Source of the DNA: Paraspadella gotoi
Taxonomy: Eukaryota; Animalia; Chaetognatha
Direction: 5' to 3'
Length of the DNA stretch: 64,000 nucleotides
NCBI GenBank assembly: GCA_051294375.1
Contig: CM119266.1
Coordinates: forward strand, 11,279,212-11,343,211
Translations under genes and position numbers: made by a program
Notes under the pieces: generated by a model
Seen by the model: the letters and a program-made list of their open reading frames with translations, nothing else
The model's database searches: none
Told to the model about the DNA's origin: nothing
In this document: positions 51,723-64,000 of the stretch, piece after piece
How the letters are laid out: each line of letters opens with the position of its first letter
How positions within the stretch are numbered: the stretch's first letter is position 1

Positions 51723-54324
51723 GCAGCCCCAGTTTCTCCGGCGACCTTTCGATACGCAGTCCGCGCGAAGCATAACGCGTACGCCAAGTCTCCCGCCTCC
51801 TTTCACCCTGCGCCCCCTTTGGCTCGTTAACTCTAGCTCTCTCTCTGTCNNNNNNNNNNNNNNNNNNNNNNNNNNNNNNNNNNNNNNNNNNNNNNNNNNN
51901 NNNNNNNNNNNNNNNNNNNNNNNNNNNNNNNNNNNNNNNNNNNNNNNNNNNNNNNNNNNNNNNNNNNNNNNNNNNNNNNNNNNNNNNNNNNNNNNNNNNN
52001 NNNNNNNNNNNNNNNNNNNNNNNNNNNNNNNNNNNNNNNNNNNNNNNNNNNNNNNNNNNNNNNNNNNNNNNNNNNNNNNNNNNNNNNNNNNNNNNNNNNN
52101 NNNNNNNNNNNNNNNNTATCTACAGCCTCCATACTTCAACACTCCACGCTAACTGGATTTTCACCCTCAACTTTTTAAAAATTTAGACTTTCCTTCCCTT
52201 CACGCCCACTAGCCGACCTCAAGCCAAACGATTGTCCCATCCTGACTCGCAAATAGAGACTTCGCCCCTCTCTCTCTCAAAAAAAATCTATCTTTCCCCA
52301 ATGTCGGTCCCCTGAATTTTTTTCCTCATCCTTAATTATCCTGCCCCAAATTGTAAACACTTTGAACCCAATTCTCTCGCAGAACCAAACAAATAAACCT
52401 TCTTTCTTTCCTCATGAATTACGTCTGTTTTCTTCCTTCCGCTTGGTTTCGGCTTTAAACCTCAACGTTTTCTATCATCGTTTGGCCTGTTGAAAAACTA
52501 CAATAAACTGCTCCACAATTACCATAATTTGGCGTTCGTGAAAAAAATCCATTCGTTCCATTCGTTTTAATCACTATATCTTGTCAAACGTATTTTGAAA
52601 TACTATTGTTATCTCTTTTTTTAAAGTGGTTTTTTTTTTTTAAGTTTGTTTTCTCCTTTAATCTTCCTCTCTTCGGTTTTCTCCTTCTTCTCATTCTACT
52701 TATCTTTCTAGTTCCACTCGTCTATTTTTTCACCAACCAATTTTCCCGCCTCATTGTTTACTGTCGCCTCTAGATGGCAACCCTTTCCTTCCATGTCCCG
52801 ACTTACTCGTTCCAACCCATCACAAACTTTCATCTCCTCGAGGGCGATGTCAATTTCCACGTCCCGATTCCCTTCCCCNNNNNNNNNNNNNNNNNNNNNN
52901 NNNNNNNNNNNNNNNNNNNNNNNNNNNNNNNNNNNNNNNNNNNNNNNNNNNNNNNNNNNNNNNNNNNNNNNNNNNNNNNNNNNNNNNNNNNNNNNNNNNN
53001 NNNNNNNNNNNNNNNNNNNNNNNNNNNNNNNNNNNNNNNNNNNNNNNNNNNNNNNNNNNNNNNNNNNNNNNNNNNNNNNNNNNNNNNNNNNNNNNNNNNN
53101 NNNNNNNNNNNNNNNNNNNNNNNNNNNNNNNNNNNNNNNNNNNNNNNNNNNNNNNNNNNNNNNNNNNNNNNNNNNNNNNNNNNNNNNNNNNNNNNNNNNN
53201 NNNNNNNNNNNNNNNNNNNNNNNNNNNNNNNNNNNNNNNNNNNNNNNNNNNNNNNNNNNNNNNNNNNNNNNNNNNNNNNNNNNNNNNNNNNNNNNNNNNN
53301 NNNNNNNNNNNNNNNNNNNNNNNNNNNNNNNNNNNNNNNNNNNNNNNNNNNNNNNNNNNNNNNNNNNNNNNNNNNNNNNNNNNNNNNNNNNNNNNNNNNN
53401 NNNNNNNNNNNNNNNNNNNNNNNNNNNNNNNNNNNNNNNNNNNNNNNNNNNNNNNNNNNNNNNNNNNNNNNNNNNNNNNNNNNNNNNNNNNNNNNNNNNN
53501 NNNNNNNNNNNNNNNNNNNNNNNNNNNNNNNNNNNNNNNNNNNNNNNNNNNNNNNNNNNNNNNNNNNNNNNNNNNNNNNNNNNNNNNNNNNNNNNNNNNN
53601 NNNNNNNNNNNNNNNNNNNNNNNNNNNNNNNNNNNNNNNNNNNNNNNNNNNNNNNNNNNNNNNNNNNNNNNNNNNNNNNNNNNNNNNNNNNNNNNNNNNN
53701 NNNNNNNNNNNNNNNNNNNNNNNNNNNNNNNNNNNNNNNNNNNNNNNNNNNNNNNNNNNNNNNNNNNNNNNNNNNNNNNNCCGCAACCGCCGCTTAATTA
53801 AATTTTCAGCCGCCGCCACCGTCGCTGCCGCATCCGCAGAATAAATTGATTCCGCAGGGAAGACCTCTGCTGCGCCCGAGGCGCTGGGCCGCGTTCAGGG
53901 CCGCACGTTCGGACCGGCGATCGGTTGAGCGCCTCCCACGAACAAACAAACGCGTTCTCGTTTCTTATTTCGATCAATAGATATCGCCTGCGAAGTCCCC
54001 GTTCAATTCAGGTTTTAATGCAACGTTATTTTAAAATTTCCTAACCCTAAGTTAGTCGGTCAGCCAAAAATAATATCTTCTTTAAACTGTATTTAGTCAT
54101 TAGTTTATCATAATGAAATGTAAATATTTTCGTTCAATATGAAACTAGTTGTGAAGGGTATGAAAAACCATTCAAAAAAAATCATTGTCATGGTTTTTGT
54201 ACAGACGTCACATTGTAAATTCATTCGCTCAGACTGGCTTCTCTTCTCTTAAGCACTTGCTCTCATCTTTCTCTCTCTCACGCTCTCCCATCTTCTTTCT
54301 TTCTCCCATATTCATTCTCTTCTC

Positions 54325-54459
<135 letters not shown>

Positions 54460-57400
54460 ACCCTCGTTTCCTCGTGGGACCGATCGCCTTTAGTCGCGCA
54501 ATTAATTCCGTAACTGTATTGTGCCGAGTCTTTCTCGCGCGCGCGATAGAGACGGAGTCGCAGATAGAGACGGAGACGTTTGCAATTCGAAAGCGATTAG
54601 CGCGACGATCCCTTTCTCGTCCAATCGACTCTTTTCTCGGCCCCGCCTTCGCCGGCGAATGACAAGAGGGCGCGTCGTACATTTAATAAGGTCGAGGAGT
54701 ATGAATTAATTGCCTAAGATAACTAAATATCATTTTGCCCAATTTTGCCCATCTCTTAAACCAGTCTGAAATATAACTTTCAAATTTGTACAAATCTATT
54801 CAAATATATGAGTTATATTAAAATTAAGCGTCAGAAAATGACAACAACGACAGCGATACCGTTTGATCAGTTGGCAAATATCTAAAGTTGGCGCCTTGTT
54901 ATATAGAGGGCGCCCCCCCCCAAAAAAAAAAGAGATAGACAAAAAAAAGTATTTTTAATAAATGTCATAAAAAAGACAAAACAAAAATCGAAAAACCGAT
55001 GAGACCAGTGTTATTATAAATTAAAATAAATCTAATCAGACAAAAGAGCGAGTTTTAAAATTGATGAAGATTGAAGAGACAAAAAAAAACTAGAATAGAA
55101 AAAAAAAATGAAAAGATTTTTGAGGAGCGGAAGTCGAAAAAAATTAATTCCGGGAAATGAAGAGGGAGTCTGAATCTTTTCCTTCGGTTTCTGAATTCAG
55201 AGAATTAATTAGACTTGGGATGAAACGCGTTTGAAATCTTGTGAATCGTGATAAAACAGTGACGGGTGATTTATTCGATAGAAGTGATAAATGAAAACTT
55301 TTTTTTTTTCGAAAACAGAATGTCAGGATAAAATGAAATTTCAACTTATATAATTCTATTTTATTATTTTTTAACGACAGATAATTAGATATAGCGTGAC
55401 CTCAAGCAATATTTAATTTTTTCCCGTCGAAGTTGTCACGTTTGTTTCAACAAGTTTCCCGCCAGATAAACCCTTTTTTTTGTAACGGTCGTTTAAGACG
55501 AAATAACATGATGTAAAAATCGTTGTCGTTATTTTTAAAATTAATATTTGAAAAACCGAAAGTATAACACAAATGGTTGACAAAAAGAAAGAATCAACAG
55601 TTCTCAGCGAAGATTTCTTTCCGACGGAACGTTGGGGCCTTTTCGCCATCGAGAATTCGACAAAGTCTCACCGCCAACAGCGACGTCAGCGCCGCCCGCG
55701 GTGGAAGACGATTACGATTATTGCTGGGAATAATTTTTCCGTTTTCCGCGCACTGANNNNNNNNNNNNNNNNNNNNNNNNNNNNNNNNNNNNNNNNNNNN
55801 NNNNNNNNNNNNNNNNNNNNNNNNNNNNNNNNNNNNNNNNNNNNNNNNNNNNNNNNNNNNNNNNNNNNNNNNNNNNNNNNNNNNNNNNNNNNNNNNNNNN
55901 NNNNNNNNNNNNNNNNNNNNNNNNNNNNNNNNNNNNNNNNNNNNNNNNNNNNNNNNNNNNNNNNNNNNNNNNNNNNNNNNNNNNNNNNNNNNNNNNNNNN
56001 NNNNNNNNNNNNNNNNNNNNNNGCGGCTGCGGCGGCGGCGACTGCGGCGGCGGCGGCGCTGGAGCCGCGGAAGATCCCGAGATCCGGCGAAGAAGACAAA
56101 GGCGAAGGCGAAGACACGAATTTCTGATGTTGATGCATGAAGTCGGGGCGAAAGGTGAGGAAATCGGGAAGGGGCCGAGGGTAATGGGGCGTCGAACGCA
56201 GGGTAAGTTTGGAAGAGCGATGGGGAGTGGATGGGAAGTAGGGAAGGGGGGGAGAAGGTTAGGGGTGTAGAAGGGAAGGAAGAAACAAATTGAAAGGAAA
56301 AGATAGGTGTAGTTTTAGAAAAAAAAATAGGAATGATATTGTTAGGGAGGGTGAAAAAATAGACGAGCTTTGAGAGGAAAAAAGGGAAAGGGAAAAATAG
56401 GGATGAAGACGACGATGTATCAGCGATGGATGGGAAGGAGAGAAGGTTAAAAGGAGAAAGAAAAAAAATGGAGCGGAACGATAATAGGAGGAAAAATGAA
56501 GGGAGATATAGAAGGAGGAAGAAATAAAATAAAAAAAGAATGGAATGGAAAGGAATCGGAGAATTGGAGCCGAAGGGAAAACGAGCGGCCCGAAAACAAA
56601 CGAGTCAAGCAGTTAAAGTTTAAAAAAGAAAATCTGATTTTGGTGCGAAGGAAAATTGAAACCGAGAAAAAAATTTAAAACATCGGTCGCCATGCGGAGG
56701 CGAGACGAGGGAGAGATGATCCGAGAGAGAATGCATGAAGAGAGAGATACGACTTGAGCAGATCGACGAGATTCAAGGGGACAAGACGCTGTACTATGCG
56801 GGAGACTGAGATGAGAGAGATTGAGTAATATGAGCAGAAGATATGCAGAGAGCAGAGTAGTGTGTAAAAAGAGTAGGCAAAAAAGGAAAAAAGATCGTGA
56901 GAAAACGTACAATTAATGTTGAGTTTTCTTTATTCATTTTTTTCTTTAAAAAAAAATTAGAAGGAAATATTCTTTTTTTTGGGAGAGAGATGAGAGAAAA
57001 AAAAATGAGCAGTCAGAGAGCAGACTGGATGATGAGAGACAGGAGAGCAGAGAAGCAGTAGAAGCAGAGATGAGGCGAGAGAGAGAGAGAGAGACCGACG
57101 AGAGAGACCGATGACGATCGAGATCCGAGATGAGAGAAGAGAGAGCGAGATAAGAATAGCCGAAGCGAACAAGAAATTGCAGTATTGGAGTAAAATGTGA
57201 AAGACAAAAAAGCAAAAACGAGAAATCGCAGGGAGAAAAAACGGATTTAAAGGAATGAGGGAGAGATAGATAGCAGAAAGATGAGATGAGAGAGAAGATA
57301 GAGGAGAGAGACGAGAAGAAGCACTGGAGAAGAGCACGACGAGAGAAGAGATGATGGAAGAGAGAGACGAGAGAGAGAGAATGTACAAGGGAATCGGCTG

Positions 57401-58551
57401 TGCAGGCAATTATATATTAAGGACCAGATCAAAGCAAATTGCAAGGAGGTGACTGAAAGAAGGACTAAAGATCCGCGACAATCTCAGTTTTTTTCTGCTT
57501 TTTTTCCCATTTTTTCTCTTTTTTTCCCCCCCCTTTTTTTCTTTTTTTTCTAGCAAAATGTGGTCCGTCGATGTCAAGGAATGACGATGTCTAAGACGGC
57601 GCGATTTACGCCACAAGTGACGCCTTTTGTGATACCACCAGCGACTTAATTCATTTAAAAAAAAAAAATTTCTTTTAAATATTATGTTCAATGTCATTTG
57701 ATATTCGACTCTTCGCTGCGCCATGGGATCGCAGAAACCATTCCTCACGAGGACAATGTCAACCCTCAGGCGTCGGTGGGAAAGTTCTGTGCTGCATATC
57801 ATATAAAAATGTCTCCTTATGTTAAATCCCATAGTTACATTATTTTAACAAACTACTTTTGAAATTCTTAATTACATTTTTCACGACCACGAGAGCGAGT
57901 TTTTATTCGTAAAATGAAAGGAAAAGAAGCTCTCCGCTCATAAGTAATTACTCTGCAGACAGTAAAATTAAAACGAATGATCTTTTATTTCTCATTTTTC
58001 CTGATTTCTTTTGAAGTAAAAAAAAAGAGAAGCAACGTCGCTCGGTAAAAATTTCATTACCGTTGGTTTTTTTTTCTTTATTCTTCATTCTTTTTTTTTC
58101 AGACGATGCTCACTTTTTTCTTTCCCCCGCACAACATTCGCTTACCGTCATTATTTTTCATATTCTTTTCCCCTGCAAGATGTNNNNNNNNNNNNNNNNN
58201 NNNNNNNNNNNNNNNNNNNNNNNNNNNNNNNNNNNNNNNNNNNNNNNNNNNNNNNNNNNNNNNNNNNNNNNNNNNNNNNNNNNNNNNNNNNNNNNNNNNN
58301 NNNNNNNNNNNNNNNNNNNNNNNNNNNNNNNNNNNNNNNNNNNNNNNNNNNNNNNNNNNNNNNNNNNNNNNNNNNNNNNNNNNNNNNNNNNNNNNNNNNN
58401 NNNNNNNNNNNNNNNNNNNNNNNNNNNNNNNNNNNNNNNNNNNNNNNNNNNNNNNNNNNNNNNNNNNNNNNNNNNNNNNNNNNNNNNNNNNNNNNNNNNN
58501 NNNNNNNNNNNNNNNNNNNNNNNNNNNNNNNNNNNNNNNNNNNNNNNNNNN

Positions 58552-59220
58552 CGTCGTCGTCGTCGTCGTCGTCGTCTTCGGTAAACAAAATATTCATGGC
58601 GGCGGCGATCAAAGCGCCGACGCCATTTTGTCTACGAAAATAGAAGAAAACGAAGACGATGATGACAGAAAGGAAAAAGGAAAAAAAAANNNNNNNNNNN
58701 NNNNNNNNNNNNNNCTCTTACGTCTCCTTCTTCTCTCTCTCTTCTGCTTCTTTCTTCTCTATCTTTCTTTCCTCTCTTCTCTGTCTATTGTTCTTTTTGC
58801 TATGTCATCTCTTCTCTTCTCTCTCCTCTCTCTTTAGCGAACGCATCCCTGATTTCTTATTATTATACATCTCGAAGGGTTAAGGCGAGGGCGCTTTACG
58901 TAAGCAACCCTCGTTCCAACCACCTCCAAATCAGTAATGTCTATATTCTACCGTCGGAGGCGTTGTCGTCGGTGTTGCATTCGTCCTGGTCCGTGTATCT
59001 CCGTGCCATAGCGTCGGTCGCGCCGTCCGGCTGACGTCTCGTCGTCGTCGTATCGTCGTTCGTCTTCGGTAAAACAAAACAAATATTCATGGCGGCCAGG
59101 CGATTCAAAAGCGGCCGATCGCCCATTTGTTCTATCGAAAAATTAGACAGGGGGAAAACGAAAGAACTGATAAGTGGACTGACCAGAAAGGGGAAAAAGG
59201 GTAAAAAAGGAAAAAAAAGT
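58552..59220 (+). repeat. Duplication 58552-58689 vs ~59040-59220 around a 25-N gap; probable assembly artefact
   Basis: (gtc)n-ttcggtaaacaaaatattcatggcggc..gatcaaagcg..cgccattt.. is repeated, with the second copy inflated by insertions. The 25-N gap is at 58690-58714. Confidence 0.85.
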
Positions 59221-61189
59221 ATAGAGAAAAATAAAGAAGAAAAAAAAGCGCAAAAGAAAATTAGTGAACTAGAAGGAAAATAAAAAATCGAAAGAAAAGA
59301 AAAAAATCTCGGAAAAAAACAAAAAAAAATACATCAGGGAATGTGGTGGATGATGGGAAAGAAACGAAGAAACGACAATTGGCGGTTAAGGTAACGGAGA
59401 GAGAGAGATGAGAAGAGAGACGAGAGACGGAGAATTAGAGGAGAGAGACTCACTTTAAGTAAAGCATTAAAAGCGAAGATCAAGACGTCTCTCGCCCGAA
59501 TGTTCCACTTTTTCGAATCTTAATGGGATTTATCGATTCAAGGAATAAAAGAGAGAGAGAGAGATGACGAAAGAGACAGAGACAGTGACGGGCAGAGGGT
59601 GAGGGAAGAAATAAGGCGCGGAGCGACGGGCCCCATTTATGAGAGAGAGATAGAGAGATGGAGAGAGAAGAGATAAGAAAGAGAGAGAGCCAGAGGGAGT
59701 TTGACGGTCGAGAGAGAGAGAGAGAGTTTCTAAACGTCAATGGGGTTGACTGGGATCTCCCTTCGAAAGAAAAAAACTGATAAGGCCATAAGAAAAGGGA
59801 GGAAGGAAAAATGTCCTTTTCTTTTTTACTTAATCCCTTTTCCTCCTNNNNNNNNNNGTGAGGCACTTTGGAAGCAACGACAGAGGAGCTTTTCGAGCAG
59901 AAGAGAAAGTCGCGCTAGTTGTACCATTAAGATTGAAGCCTCGAGCCGAGGGGCTTGTTTGTTTACTGCGGTAAATTATGTATGGAAAGTGGGTGAGTCC
60001 GACCGGCGGGTANNNNNNNNNNNNNNNNNNNNNNNNNNNNNNNNNNNNNNNNNNNNNNNNNNNNNNNNNNNNNNNNNNNNNNNNNNNNNNNNNNNNNNNN
60101 NNNNNNNNNNNNNNNNNNNNNNNNNNNNNNNNNNNNNNNNNNNNNNNNNNNNNNNNNNNNNNNNNNNNNNNNNNNNNNNNNNNNNNNNNNNNNNNNNNNN
60201 NNNNNNNNNNNNNNNNNNNNNNNNNNNNNNNNNNNNNNNNNNNNNNNNNNNNNNNNNNNNNNNNNNNNNNNNNNNNNNNNNNNNNNNNNNNNNNNNNNNN
60301 NNNNNNNNNNNNNNNNNNNNNNNNNNNNNNNNCTCATTACCGCCGACGCACAGCCTTGAGCGCCTTGAGTAAAGGCGGCGCGGAGGATTTTCGGGTCACC
60401 AGGTTAATGAGTAAAGCGTCAAGAGCGGTTTTTTCCTCTCTCTCTCTCTCTCTTGCTCTTTCTCTCTCTCTGCTTTACTCTCTTCAGAAGCTACTCTATA
60501 TTTTTTCCAGAAATGAAGGTTTCAAAATATGAGTTGCACCAACACAAACGCATAAAAGTAAATACGTAGACACTCAAATGTATTGCTCTATTTTATTTCC
60601 ACTTAAAATAATTACTCTAACGAAGACACCATTTAAGCCCCTTGGAAAAGCCCCCGCGACACGCGGTCTCTCTATCGTCCACCCACGCGAATTTCCCTCG
60701 CGCACGGAATTTGCATTTTTCTTTTCTCTCCGCCTCTCTCGCCTTCCCTTCGATTATCTAAAAATCTCTCTCTCACTTTGTCCTCTTTTCTCCGCTTTTC
60801 TTTACTTTTCTTTGTAATATTGTTCTCTTTTCTTGCTTTTTCTTGCTCCCTGTTGCCTTTTTCCTTTCCTTTCTTTAACTTTTTTTTTTATTTTCCTCTT
60901 TCTCTTTTTTTCTCTTTCCTCACTCTTTTACTCTCACTCTCTCCCGTATTCTCTTTTTCATCTCTCTTTTATTTTCTTATTTTCTTCTCCCTCTGTCTCC
61001 CCATTCCCTTCACTCCCTCCCTTTCTTCCCCCGAACCCGTAGGTTTGAAATGAAGTCGTTTTCTCTTCTCCTCCGCATTGTTTCCTGTCGGCGAATCCCA
61101 TTTTCTCGCAATTTGCATCATAGAAAGTCTTTTGCATAAAAAACCCGGTTTTTTTTCTCGCATCGCGATCGTAAAGAATGGGAGAGACA

Positions 61190-61249
<60 letters not shown>

Positions 61250-62495
61250 GAGGTTTTTTACTTGGTGAGGAGGTTTTAATTGGAATCAAAGTTTCGTTGT
61301 TGTAAATTTTAACCTCCCAATTAATCTCGAAAACAAGCCTAGAACCAAAATTCCTCTGCTCTCGCCACTAAAAACAGTGTAAAAAAAACGGCGTTAATAC
61401 TTCTAACATGTTTTTCAGAGGGTAGGGTGAGTAAAAAAGATGGAAAGGGAGGGAGATGGGGGGCGGGCGGGTAAGGATGTTAAGGCTCTTCACTCGAGAG
61501 TGACTGGACTCGGAATGTCGGCGTTAGTCTGCTAATTAGTCTCGACTCTCGGAAAAGGAAACGCCGAGTGGAGGCGAGAAAAAAAAGGAAGGAAAAAAAG
61601 TGGCGAAGGGTGAGAAAAAAAGAAGTTGAAAAGAATCTGGAAGTTGGAGGACAGGAAAGAAGGAAAGAGTTAAGAAGAGAGGAAAAAGAGAGAAGTTAAA
61701 AAATATAAACGATAAGAAAAGATAGGAAAAAAATGGAAAAACCGAAAGTTTTTACATACGTATAGCTTCTTTATGGGTAAATAAAAACTTTCCTCTCAAA
61801 TCTATCTTCTATACTGTATTCTCTATGTTAAGTTGACAACTTTGAATATTTTTTAGTATAAATTCTATAACGCATTGTTTACAAAAGTTTTGTTTTTGTT
61901 TATGTTTACTTTTTTTTGTCTTTTCTTCAGAAAACGAAATTGGAAAAATTTTTTCAAGACTAAAAACGACAACAGGAGACGGTTTTTCGAGATTGAAAAA
62001 CAATAAACTCGTTTCCCTCAAAGATTTTCAATTACTCCAGCTTCCTTCCGCTTATCCTCCTAGCCACGCCCACCCCCTTTCCCCCACTCCAGCCCCATCA
62101 CCGACTGAGACAGAGAGGCTTTGTGAAGCGAAGTTAATTTTTAGGATTTTTAGTTCGTCGACATCAGATGGCGAAGCCGATTTCTTGTTTCTGCCTCGCC
62201 GAATTTTTTGCCGCGTGGTATATTTGTTTTTGTTTTTTTGTTTTTGTTTTTGTTTTTTATTTTCAAATGCCTATAATGTTAAGCAGGAACAAAAAATATT
62301 GGTATGAGAAAGAGAAATTAAAGAGAAAGAAAGGTGAGAAAGAAAATAAATAAAGGAAAAAAATGTTATCTCTGTCGTCGTTTTCTGTCGTAATCTTTCC
62401 CTCTTTCGTCGTAATCGCCGTCGTCAGCGTCGTCGTCGTCGTCGTCCCTTGTCAAGGGTCGTAATAACGATCATCCCTGTCGCGTTCGTCATTAT

Positions 62496-62557
<62 letters not shown>
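62496..62557. repeat. (GTC)n microsatellite, about 20 units
   Basis: Direct reading. Confidence 0.97.
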
Positions 62558-62830
62558 TCCCGCTGCTTTTCCGATAAAAAATCGAAATCCGATTTTTTTC
62601 CTTTTTTTATATTTTCTTCATTTTTATTTACAAAATCAACGACGACGATCTCGGTGACGCCTGTCACGACGTAGCGCCCGAACCCCCGCCCAATGACGTC
62701 GACCGTCACGCGCGACGCGAATCTTTCCAACTAGTCGCGTTTGTCACTACTTGACTGTCACGGGTGTGTCACTCTCGATTCCGCCGTGAGCCTTTTTTTT
62801 TCACGATCCACGTATAATAGAATTTAATCG

Positions 62831-62928
62831 AATAATATAATGTAATATAATATAAAATAATATAATATAATATAATATAATATAATATAATATAATATAA
62901 TATAATATAATATAATATGATATAATAG
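62831..62928. repeat. (ATAAT)n pentanucleotide microsatellite
   Basis: Direct reading. Confidence 0.95.
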
Positions 62929-63278
62929 AATTTCCAATACTCGATCTTCGTCGATAAATTCTCATCAACGTCACGAGGCCGAGGGTTGCCATGGTGTTGT
63001 ATAGGTCGAGATAACTCCGCCAGAATATCTAAAATATGAATGATTTACTTTTTATCCCACGATCAGGCTTAAAACGAATTTATAAGACTTGAAATGATTA
63101 AATGAATACAGTAATACAAAGGAATGTAATGTTAATATTGTTAATGTGAGGTTACTATCAACGCCGTACTGGCCAAGGCGCTCATAGCATTCAGAAATTC
63201 AATTCGTATTCCTAAAAATATATATAGGGCCCGTCACATGTCACCAATAAAAGAAAAGAACCGATAATATGGTAAAAA

Positions 63279-63331
<53 letters not shown>

Positions 63332-63604
63332 CCCAGTTACCTATAACCCCGTTTGTCCGTTAGAGTCACATCCTTTGGCTTCCCTTTTTCGCATCCAATG
63401 ACTTTCAGAAAATATTTTTTCCTCCTCTTCAAACTCAAGTGACTTAACACCACCGTGAATCAAGACCGACTGACCGCTCAGTGCTGTTTATTCCGGTTTT
63501 CTTCCCCTATACTTCTGACACCCCCGTCGATCTTACAACTTTCAGCACTCCCTTCACCCCCAAGCCAACTATCTCTCCCTCGCCAATCGACAGAAGGACC
63601 ATTT

Positions 63605-63835
63605 TTATTTCTTGGCAGAAACCAAAGCTTCTTTTCCTCGTCGCGACCTTTGACCTCGATCGTTCTCCTTTTGACCCCCTCCCTTCTCATTTTGACTCTC
63701 TCCGTTTTCCTTTTGCCTACGACTGTTCTCCTCTTGCCCACGCCCGTTCTCCTCTTGACCTCGGCCGTTCTCCTCTTTACCTTTACCGTTCTCATTTTGT
63801 CCTTTGCCCTTATTTCTTTTTTTCGTCCGAATGCC
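63605..63835 (-). CDS. Candidate (terminal?) coding exon with a heptapeptide repeat [KR]GQEENG
   Basis: Open frame between TAG (63836-63838) and TAA (63605-63607): GIRTKKRNKGKGQNENGKGKEENGRGQEENGRGQEENSRRQKENGESQNEKGGGQKENDRGQRSRRGKEALVSAKK*. Units vary at synonymous Gly/Arg/Glu codon positions, and AATAAA lies downstream at 63487-63492. The acceptor context is weak. Confidence 0.3.
   Translation of the reverse strand, partial: GIRTKKRNKGKGQNENGKGKEENGRGQEENGRGQEENSRRQKENGESQNEKGGGQKENDRGQRSRRGKEALVSAKK
63638..63805. repeat. Degenerate 21-bp tandem repeat, 7-8 units with no indels
   Basis: Units start at 63638, 63659, 63680, 63701, 63722, 63743, 63764 and 63785. The consensus is about (g)ccgttctcctcttgacctcg. 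Confidence 0.9.
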
Positions 63836-64000
63836 CTACCAATTTTCGCGGTGGGTGGGCGAGACGTTAGTAGGTTATGACCTCCCACATTATTTGATAA
63901 TTCAACCCCTCATCCCTTTTTCGGACGGGCTTATTGGCTACTTTAAGGTGACTCATCCTTGATCCACTGCAGATTCTTTCCCAGACAAAATTTGCCTTTA

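Noticed and set aside
63638-63805. CRISPR array (also considered for 40249-40290, 28450-28557 and 8803-8886)
   Set aside because: The units are head-to-tail or irregular with no unique equal-length spacers, there are no cas genes, and the context is eukaryotic.

Overview
This is eukaryotic DNA, most likely from an invertebrate animal, taken from a draft scaffold. It is not prokaryotic: I see no operons, rRNA, intact tRNA or CRISPR array. It is dominated by (GA/CT)n, (ATCT)n, (TTTC)n, (GTC)n and (ATAAT)n microsatellites, with about 27 N-gaps totalling roughly 5.9 kb. Almost all listed ORFs are artefacts of microsatellites (poly-SL / poly-ER) or N-runs. Several multi-kb near-tandem duplications differ mostly by scattered 1-3 nt indels and sit on either side of exactly-25-N gaps, which points to long-read gap-filling artefacts rather than real duplications. 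Signals that may be biological: (i) a ~300-bp tRNA-derived SINE-like element (34.9 and 37.3 kb) whose two flanks occur fused together at 9.3 kb and whose 5' flank has a partial hammerhead-ribozyme-like core on the opposite strand; (ii) a DINE-1/HINE-like dispersed repeat family; (iii) two splice-site-bounded, stop-free candidate exons on + (2463-2693; 44550-44882/44947); (iv) a possible Tx1/L1-like ORF2 3' remnant; (v) a 21-bp repeat near the window end whose changes are biased to synonymous positions in a minus-strand frame missing from the ORF track. No gene can be named, and I cannot support a new biological system with confidence.
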